A DNA stretch of 64,000 nt from Octopus vulgaris (Eukaryota). Shown piece after piece: positions 54,361 through 64,000 of the stretch (the first letter of the stretch is position 1; every line of letters starts with the position of its first letter). Under the pieces are notes generated by a model. The model was given only the letters and a program-made list of their open reading frames with translations. It was not told where the DNA came from and searched no databases. Both the position numbers and the translations under genes were made by a program. Where the stretch lies: positions 992,001 through 1,056,000 of the forward strand of contig OX597820.1 of the NCBI GenBank assembly GCA_951406725.2, read 5' to 3'.

Positions 54361-55003
54361 AAAGTAAGAGAGAGGAATCCAACTGTGCCTCTCCATTGCC
54401 ATTCCCACCATTTCTCAAAGAGAAAATCCACATTCCAAGCAGACGCCATCGTGTATTATACAATGTCTTGGAGGATTACATCATGGCATTGGAATTGCAA
54501 ATGGCATGAAGCAGTTGCAATTAGCGCAGCTGGTTGAACGACCTTCACCTTCCGTTAAGCATTCTGAGGATAGAGCATTCCTTAATGGAATCGTCCGTTG
54601 GTGGGGGGGGGGGGAGATTAGGGATTATGGAATTGGAAAAGTAAAGTTTGAGGGAATGAGAAAGTTAAGCTGAGGAAATTGTTCCTTTGTTGTGGTTGTT
54701 GTGGTTGTTGTTGCTGAGTCCTTGGTTAGATTGGTATGAGTGGAACTGCAGTTAAAATCATTCCAGCCATGACTGTCTCTTCTTTTTTATGTGGAACACC
54801 ATCATCATTGTCATCAGCAGCAGCAGCAGAACCAGCAGCAGCAGCAGAACCAGCAGCAGCTCTGTTGCGGCTACCAGCCACTTCTGCTGCCACCACCATC
54901 ATCATCATCATCATAATCATGTGTGTATGTATGTATGTATGTGTATATATATATATATATATATGTGTGTATATATATATGTATATATATATATGTGTGT
55001 GTA

Positions 55004-55039
<36 letters not shown>

Positions 55040-56297
55040 TGTATGTATGTATGTATATATATATATGTATGTATGTGTGTATATATATATATGTATGTAT
55101 GTGTGTATATATATATATATGTATGTATATATATGTATATGTATGTATGTATGTATATATATATGTATGTATATATATGTATATGTATGTATGTATGTAT
55201 ATATGTATGTATGTATATACGTGTGTGTATGTATATATATATATATATGTTTGTGTCTCCCACTACCACTTGACAACCAGTGTTAGTTTGTTTACATCCC
55301 CATAACTTCACAATTCAGGAAAAGTGACTGATAGAATCAGTAAAAGGCTTTCAAAAAAAAAAAAAACAGAAACGACTGGGAACAATTCATTTGGTGAAAA
55401 ATTCTCCAAGGCGTAACCCTGGCATGGCCCTGAAACAAGTAAAACACACACACACACTCAGTGTTTGGAATGTTTCATCAAATAACGAGACAATGATTTA
55501 ATTATGTTGTACTAATTTCAGAAAAATTAATAACACAAGCCTATTCGTTGGTTGGGTTTATTAGCCTCGTTAATAAAATGCCAAATGTTTCTGTTGAATT
55601 ACATAAATAATACTTACCTAATTGTTTAAAAATTCCTTCGTTAACAAAAGTATATTAATATATTTCTAAAATTATCAAAGCTCTAATGAAGTAGATTTTA
55701 ATGTAAAACACATTAATGGGGTGGGGTTGGGTTGGGGTTTCTTAGTGACTGCATTTGGGCTGAGAAGCTTTGTACGCAAGTGCCAGCTCTGGTTTAGTCC
55801 CAGGTCGGTGTGGGTGGAGCAGATAGTCAAAAGCAGAATGGTTTTGAAACATTCTTAGTGGCATTTTGTCTGAGTTTATGTTCTGTGGTCAAATTCTGCC
55901 AAGGTTGACTTGGCCCTTCATCCTTTTAAGGGGGTGGGGCGATAAAATAAGCACAATGCAGTCCTTGTCCCATCGGATCCTGTCAAACTGTCCTACCCAT
56001 GCCAGCACGGAATGTGGGTGTTAAATGATGACGAGGATGTACAGTGTCATGTGAGGGAGGTTTCACTGCTATTTTTAGCCTGTCATGTGACGATGTAGAG
56101 GCTTCATCTTCAGTGGTTCATTTACTTGTGGGTCTGAATTCAAAGTAGTTACAATGTTGATCTGTGCTAGATTTTAATCAAAGGGCAGGGTTAGGGTTAC
56201 AGATGAAAGGAGTTTTCTGTAACAGGCTTTATTGCTGTAACATTTGTTCACACACACACAAGGAGACAGAGGTACACACACACACACACACACACAG

Positions 56298-56352
<55 letters not shown>

Positions 56353-56359
56353 TATATAC

Positions 56360-56520
56360 AATGGGCTTCTTTCAGTTTCCAATAACCAAATCCACTCGCA
56401 AGACTTCAGTCGGCCCGAGGCTATAGTAGAAGACACTTGCCCAAGGTGCCATGCAGTGGGACTGAACCCAGAAACATGTGGTTGGTAAGCAAGCTACTTA
56501 CCACACAGCCACTCCTGCTC
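56360..56520 (-). mobile_element. SINE family A, 5' half ending in its internal (TG)n
   Basis: Matches the family A head. Confidence 0.85.
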
Positions 56521-57295
56521 CTTGTAGACATCGTTGCATGAAAATCTCATCTCTATCTCCACAGCAGTCATATTACTATTGTCTGAATTGAAAATCAATA
56601 AACCTTTAAATTTCCAATAAATATCAGTCTTAAACATCAGTCTTTCATAGACTGCCAGTAATATCGATGAGACTAAATTAACTTCAGTAAATACTGAACT
56701 TAGTATGATGGTGTAACCATGTAGTTACCAGTGATATGACAAAACCAGGTTAGGGTTAGTTTTAGTAATTTTCTGAAATTTACATATTGTTTTCTATTCT
56801 AGGCACAAGGGCTGAAATTTGGGGTGGATGGCAGTGGGGAGCAGTTGATTAGATCGACCTCAGTACGCAACTGGTACTTAATTTATCGACCCCGAAAGGG
56901 CTTCCACACAGTTTCCATCTATCAAATTCACTCACAAGGCATTGGTTGATCTGGGGCTGTAGTAGATGTTTGCCCTGGGTACCACATAAAGGGGTATTTC
57001 ACTTTATATAAAATATATTGATGTAGAATAGAAATAATCTAAAACAACAATAAAGCTTTTTTTTTAAAAATAAAGTGAATAGGACAAAAAAAAAACCTGA
57101 GGCTTAACACCTTGTATTATACTCACCTGTATACACAAGATACACACCTGAAATCTTGTATGTTGATTTCGGGGTGGGGTGGGAAATGCGTGTGTGTTAT
57201 ATAAGGTATTGTTATGGGATTTACACATCAACATCAACAGATGGATGTAAAACAAACACAAAACTGAGAGGAAATGAGAGATTATTCAGTAGGGT

Positions 57296-57935
57296 TCTTT
57301 TCTACTCTGGGCACAAGGCCTGAAATTTTGGGGGAGGGGCAGTCGATTAGATCAACCCCAGTATCCAACTGGTACTTAATTTATTGACCCTGAAACGATG
57401 AAGGGCAAAGTCGACCTCGGCAGAATTTGAACACAAAACATAAAGACAGACAAAATACCGCTAAGCATTTCGCCTGGTGTGCTAACGTTTCTTATTTCTT
57501 TACTACCCACCAGGGGGCTACACACAGAAGGGACAAACAAGGACAGACAAAGGGATTAAGTTGATTATATCGACCCCAGTGCGTAACTGGTACTTATTTA
57601 ATTGACTCCGAAAGGATGAAAGGCAAAGTCGACCTCAGCGGAATTTGAACTCAGAACGGAGTGGCAGACGAAATACCGCTAGGCATTTCGCCCGGTGTGC
57701 TAACGTTTCTGCCAGCTCACTGCCTTAAAATAATTATATTCTTTTCTACTCTAGGCACAGGCCTTGAAATTTTGGGGGAGGGTACCAGTCCATTAGATCG
57801 ACCCCAGTATGCAACTGGTACTTAATTTATTGACCCCAAAAGGATGAAAGGAAAAGTCAACCTCAGTGGAATTTGAACTCAAAACGTAAAGACAGATGAA
57901 ATACGGCTAAGCATTTTGCCCAGCATGGTAACATT
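57296..57935 (-). mobile_element. Three tandem family B SINEs
   Basis: Copies at about 57296-57490, 57491-57726 and 57738-57935. Confidence 0.85.
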
Positions 57936-57990
57936 TAATTTTATGTATTGAAGGTGTAGGCATGGCTGTGTGGTAAGAAACATGTTTTCC

Positions 57991-58245
57991 CAAGGATGTC
58001 AAGTCGGGGTCGTGGGGTCAGAGTTGGTAAAGCTATACTGACTCTGATTCCAACTCACAATATCTTTTTTCTTTAATATAAACCAGTTATAACATACAAG
58101 GCCTACTCAAAGCACAAGTGTATGCATTTGCTTTGTGAGATACGTAGACCACAGTCACTTAATTACATAAAGAAGATTCTGAGTCAGAGTCGCCAATAGT
58201 ACAGGAGTCAGAGTCCAAGTTTTTTGTTTCGACTCCACAGCCCTG
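57991..58245. mobile_element. hAT-type MITE with gagtc subrepeats, inserted in a family A SINE
   Basis: Perfect 8-bp TSD tgttttcc (57983-57990 and 58246-58253); ends caaggatgtcaagtcg / cgactccacagccctg. Confidence 0.85.
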
Positions 58246-58351
58246 TGTTTTCCAACTACATGGTTCAAGGTTCAGTCCCACTGCATGGCACCTTGGGTAA
58301 GTGTCTTTTGCTATAGCCTCGGGCCGACCAAAGCCTTGTGAGTGGATTTGG

Positions 58352-58476
58352 TCATGGCCAGTCCCAAGAATTTTTCAAAGGAAGGGCACAAGGTCAGAAG
58401 AGAATGCAATTCCAGGAGAAAAGGGCATAATAGCATTATTTGGAACGGCACATATGCTCCCCCCAGGTCTGCCCCT
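58352..58476. mobile_element. Small MITE-like insertion in the same SINE
   Basis: Interrupts the gtggatttggt|..|aaacagaaactg SINE consensus. Ends catggccagtccc / ggtctgcccctg are loosely inverted. Confidence 0.5.
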
Positions 58477-60356
58477 GTCTTGTAAACAGAAACTGAAAGA
58501 AGCCTATCGTATATGCATGTATAAGTGTGTGTGTGTGTGTGTGTGTTACTCTCCCCTTAGTTTTGACCTTGCATGATAGCTGTAAACGAGTGTCACCTAC
58601 ATGCAAGCAGTGTCTCTTGATTCTAATCTTCCATGAAAACATGTCTGGTCATGGGGGAATAATATTTTACTTGGACTCAGGTGAAGGTTGGTGACAGGAA
58701 GAGCATCCAGCCATAGAGACAATCTCCCTCAACCAATTCTGTCTGCCCCATGCCAGCATGGAAAAGAGGAGATTAAGACGATGATGATGATGATGATGAT
58801 GACATCAATGATATTACTAGACTAATGCTGGAAAGCCCTTGGTTTCCTTTTTTTGAGTTCCTGGTTGAAGAAACCACTTTTCTCATCTTATCTTTGAAAA
58901 GAAAACTGCTGTCCTACATAGATGATGCTTTAATAAAATGAAATAAGATGAGAAAATCATGACTGGAATGCCTTTGGTCGTTGGACTGCTCAGCCAGGGC
59001 TGACCTTGGGCTAAACAACTGCTGAAATATATCAACAATTGGGAATTAAAACCACGAAAAGGTTTTAGTACATTAAAGCTTATAGGAGACCCACTTCACA
59101 TATAGGGGACAGGGTGATGTTTTGAGACAATTTGGGGGAAAGAAAGGACATATTCTACATCACCAAACACAATAACATCAAGTTTTTCTTGGTACATCGG
59201 TGACCCTTTTGAAAAAGTTCCTGTAAACCCCTTTGCTATAATTGGTTGTTAACATTTGTTTTGCTTAGAAGTGGGGGAGGATTTGTTATTGATTTTGTTG
59301 CTGTTGTTCGGCACCAGTTCCTCAGATGAAAGACATTCCAATTGAGACCATCCTTCTTTTTTTTTTTTATCTTACAAGATATGTAGGGCGACTCTGTTGT
59401 TTTAAGAGGAGATTTCTGTTCTCTTCCTTTTGCTGTGTGAGGACTGACATTGCCAAAGAATAGATCCAGCATTTCCTCTGCATAAACGAGGATCAAGTAG
59501 GACTTGTAGGCCAACCCCATTAAACTCTCGCTGCCAATACCTCGCCAAACAGCATCCACATCCTGGACGATTGCTGCCTGAGTGGGGCAAAAGCATCGTC
59601 TGCAAGGAGTGGTAGGGAATCACCAACAAACAGTAGATGCAGCTATGCACGGTTACAGTGCATTACCCCCATGCTACTACTACTACTACTACTACTACTT
59701 TCACAAGATTCCAGGTTTTGGTTTTCATGAGGTTTTGCTGCTATTTCTAGCAGGTCAAACAACCACATAGAGGTTTCCCATTTTAATTTATTTCTTCATT
59801 CCAGTGTCACATAACGGGGGGAGGGGGAGGGATTTAGTTGACAGGTCTCTCTCTCTCTCTCTCTCATCAGAGACCCAACCGTGTTAATGTTAAAACACAC
59901 ACACGACCAGAACACTGTAATGTGTGTGTGTGTGCGTGTGTGTGTGTGTGTTCACAGAAATACCGCCAGCAAATTTGTATAATCAGCCAAGTAAAATGAT
60001 ACTTTCATGTGTATACACACACACACATACACACACACAGACACACACACACACACACAGTACACAAACAATGACATTTACACAAACACACACGTACACA
60101 GCCTTACGTGCATACATACAATCTATGTGGTGTGTGTATTCATATTTGTATATATCAATGCATATATATATATCCTCTCAGATATACAAATCATTAATAC
60201 AGTGACAGGATATTTACAGGACATTATAACTTCATATGTTATGATAGACCCACATTTTTATGTGTGTGTGTGTGTATGTGTGTGTGTGTATGTGTGTGTG
60301 TGTATGTGTGAAGGAAAGTGACAGAGTTGTATATTAACAACAATAATAATAATAAC

Positions 60357-60582
60357 CCTTTCTACTATAGGAACAAGGTTTGAAATGTGGGGGAGGGGGC
60401 CAGTCGATTATATCGACTACCCCAGTACACAACTGGTACTTAATTTATCGATCCGGAAGGGATGAAAGGCAAAGTCGACCTCGGCAGAATTTGAACTCAG
60501 AATGTAAAGACAAATGAAATGCCGCTAAGCATTTTGCCCGGTATGCTAATGATTCTGCCAGCTCACTGCCAGCTCACTGCCT
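60357..60582 (-). mobile_element. SINE family B between (TAA)n runs
   Basis: Matches family B. Confidence 0.85.
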
Positions 60583-61547
60583 TAATGATAATAATAATAA
60601 TAATAATGATAATAATAATGATAATAATAATAATAATAGAGGGAGGCTGATACGATCATGGTGGGGGTCATGAAACCGCATAAAAGCAATATATTTATTT
60701 CTGGTGTTGTTGTTGTTGTTGTTGATAATTGTCGTCTGAATTACTTCCATGGTATTTCAACACCGAAATTATAAACACGGCAACGAACTTGCTATGTTTG
60801 TAGATTTTGCAGATAAATTTACCAGTTGTTTATACTTCCTCTTGTGTGGCTGTGGGTGTGTCTTTTACTTGTTTCAGTCGTTGGACCGTGGCCATGCTGG
60901 GGCACCACCCTGTTGAATTTCACTCAAACGAATCGACCCCAGTACTTATTTTGTTTTAAGCTTGGTACTTATTCAATCAGTCTCTTTTGTTAAACTGCTA
61001 AGTTACATCATCATCATCATCATCATCATTCAATGTCCATTTTGCTTGCTGGTATGGTTAGGACTGTTTGACAGGAAGAAGCAAACCAGAAAACTCCACG
61101 ATGCCCGGCTCTCTGTTTTGCCATGGTTTCTACAGCTGGTACCACTTTCCAGAGGGTACTGGGTGCTTTTTATGTAGTGCCAGCACCAGTGAGGTTACCA
61201 GGTAATTTGCAGGACAAGTCCCCCTCAACTAGGGGCAGATTGAGTCGTAATGAGGGACAAAAGAGGTGGTTTTTCTTTATGGGAATGTAAACATACCAAC
61301 ACTGGCTGTCAAACAGTGGCCGAGGACAAACACAGACTCACATGCACAAACACACACAAACACACACACACATACGACCGGCTTCTTTCAGTTTCTGTCT
61401 TCTAAAGCCACTCTAATGGCTTTCATCAAACTTCAGCTATAGTAGAAGACACGTGCCTAAGGTGCCACCTAGTGGGACTTAACCTGGAACCAGGTGGATA
61501 GGAAATAAACTTCTTATATACATATATTAAGATTTGTTTTAATGTTC

Positions 61548-61612
<65 letters not shown>

Positions 61613-61623
61613 TGCATATATAT

Positions 61624-62230
61624 ACTAGCAGAAAAGCTCGGTTTCACCCGGACAGTTTGGATGATGTGGCTGTAAAACCTGCTCTGTGTAATTATTCGAT
61701 TTGTTTGGGCACGCTTACGCTAAAAAGCCAATTTTAGAATGACTTCTTTCTGTCAAAACGCAAAAAATAACTGACCAACAAAAAAAAAACAACCAAGATT
61801 CAACCAAATCCAAGAATAAACCCAAATACTAAGCGAATAAAACTGAACCACCCCATGTCCATTGCACACACACACACACACATTCACATACCCCCCCCCT
61901 TTCACATACACACATTTATTCACAGAGTTGAAATGCTGTTTGATTTATTTTTTCAGCGTACAATTTTCATCATCCCACTACCAAGTCTGACATCACCCCT
62001 TCCTTCTTTATTCATTTATCACCCCTTCCTTTCTCATTCATAAACACAAGATTATTATTATAGTAGATTATCTCGGTAGCCATGGGGGCTATGAAAAAAA
62101 TAAAGAGCCCAGCAATACCACCAGGTCATTCTACACATCTGTGTAATTTTACGCGCAATTCCACCCAGCCGTTTGACCATGAATCCCAAGACAAGAAAGA
62201 ATTGCCCACGTTAAAATTTATATGTATGGA
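61624..62230 (+). mobile_element. Helentron/Lep1-like non-autonomous rolling-circle elements: one with both ends (61624-62068) plus a second 3' end
   Basis: 5' actagcag..ctcggtttcacccgg and 3' attattatagtagat; the second ends cccagccgttt...tttatatgtatggat. Assignment is from recalled terminal motifs only. Confidence 0.5.
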
Positions 62231-62435
62231 TGTACACTGAGAGTATAAAATGTAGATTTATGTTTATGCGTGTAATTATATCTATAAACACACACACATA
62301 GATATGTAGATATATAAATATACATATATATGTACAAAGATATATATGTGTATGTGTGTGTAAATACACATCCACACACACACATATATGAATTTTTGTT
62401 GATTTCATATAAACACCACCTGGTATTTCGACACT

Positions 62436-62469
<34 letters not shown>

Positions 62470-63235
62470 ATGGTTTCATTACCTACAGTTCTTTCCCAGC
62501 TCTTCTTGGCGACCCTGCATCTTGACATAAAATTCCTATTGAAATATCTTTCAGCCTATTAAAGGTTTATTCCATTCTTCCCTCCCTCTGCTATTTATAT
62601 GTTCTTCTCTTACGCTACCTTTAGCAATATTTGGAGTCTATATTGATACTGAAGACAATTCTAGCATTCGGCTGACATGAATTTACCGAAAACGTGATTC
62701 TCTCAGAATATTTGTTCTTTCTATAAATATCAATATTTTAAAATGTAATTTTGCTATCAATTTCTTTGTGTGTCAATGGCTGTCTGTCTGTATGCGTGTT
62801 CACTTTTATGTGTGTGTTTGTAAGTATGTTTGTGTGTGTGTGTGTGTGCGCATACGTTTATATGTATGTTTGTGTTTACGTATACTTCTGTGTATATGTG
62901 TGTGTGTATGTACTTGTGTATGGATGTATGTGTGTGTGTACGTATTGCTTTTGTGTTCACTCATCTATTTATTTTCATTCTTGAATTTGGTGCTTACATA
63001 TGTGCATATATGCGTGCATGCATGCCTTTCTCTGTGTGTGTGTGTGTGTGTGTAATTGAATACACACAAACACACGCGTTTGTCCAGATAGGTCTATAGA
63101 TTTATATGTATGTGTGTGTACGTACATGCTTATTAGTATGCATGTATATATTTAAGTAAAGATAAATATGTGTGTGTATTTGTGTTTGCTGGTTCTCTTT
63201 CTCTGCATATGTTTGTGTGTGTGTGTGTAAGCATG

Positions 63236-63280
<45 letters not shown>

Positions 63281-63494
63281 AGATATATATGTATGTATAG
63301 ATATAGATACATATGTATATATGTGTGATGAACATCAATATATGGTATGAACGTGGCCGTAGCCAGTATATATATATATATATATATACCATGTGTGTAT
63401 GCACCTGTGTCGGTGGCACATATATAATTGATATTTAACAGAAGCAGCAGACCCGTTGAATAGTGACGGACGTTAAATGATGATGATGATGATG

Positions 63495-63528
<34 letters not shown>

Positions 63529-63660
63529 ATTATAATTGATATTTCATAGTGAAGGGCAAAGAGATTTTTTCTGTTGGCATTTATCAAAGTTTGATGTCCG
63601 CTAATGCACAAAACTCTTTGCCCTTGAGTCACTCTGTTGCTTCTGCTAAAAATTAATAAA

Positions 63661-63720
<60 letters not shown>

Positions 63721-63815
63721 ATCCAAACATGAAAGCACAAAGAGAAAACATAACAACGCGAGGACGTGGAAAAGTATAGTGTTATTAGATGCTCGGGAAA
63801 GGAAAGAAAGAAAGA

Positions 63816-63853
63816 GGATTTAACGTTTCGAGTGGAGCTCTTTGTCAGAAACA
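63816..63853 (-). ncRNA. Minimal hammerhead-like motif of a Penelope-type repeat, core mutated
   Basis: Minus strand reads gttt-CTGACAA-agagctccactc-GAAAC-GTT-aaat, with palindromic AACGTT stem III. Core CTGACGA has become CTGACAA. Confidence 0.55.
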
Positions 63854-63964
63854 TAGAAAAAGGAAATCGGAACATGAAACTCTGAGTAACAGTTTTTGCG
63901 ATAATTTTGAAGCTTTTTAATAAAAGCATATTACTCTACCTTTGGTACTAAAGTACTGTGTGTG

Positions 63965-64000
<36 letters not shown>

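Noticed and set aside
55611-55620. U1 snRNA 5' end (atacttacct)
   Set aside because: Only the 10-mer matches; the downstream sequence is not U1.
56186-56762. Telomeric TTAGGG repeats
   Set aside because: Only one or two units at isolated spots; not an interstitial telomere array.
57129-57149. 21-nt minus-strand micro-exon with CAG|GTGAGT
   Set aside because: The acceptor lacks a pyrimidine tract and there are no partner exons.
62649-62700. CTGAAGA...GAAA hammerhead-like spacing
   Set aside because: Stem II is out of register, there is no NUH triplet, and stem I does not pair.

Overview
Eukaryotic, AT-rich, repeat-saturated DNA. The SINE families and extreme microsatellite load suggest an Octopus genome; this is inferred from recalled repeat families, not from a database search. 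Almost every ORF in the supplied track is a microsatellite or repeat artefact. The window reads as giant-intron sequence. Two small + strand candidate exons (26764-26833 and 52198-52238) have strong splice signals, each is open in only one frame, and they join in phase across about 25 kb to give KNHLTEHHIDSSILPSVSPHSFLDKIWASKAHKITVS (gene not recognised). The rest is tRNA-derived SINEs, decayed R4/Dong and RTE LINEs, bipartite RTE-derived elements, a deleted DD37D (maT) transposon, and mariner/hAT/piggyBac/Helentron-type MITEs, often nested. There are also minimal type I hammerhead-ribozyme-like motifs of the Penelope type. I found no convincing new biological system. The best leads are the hammerhead motifs, the exon pair with a nearby YCAY minisatellite, the TSD-bounded bipartite RTE element, and inverted SINE pairs as possible ADAR substrates. 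SINE family letters A-F are my own labels, and boundaries of decayed elements are approximate.
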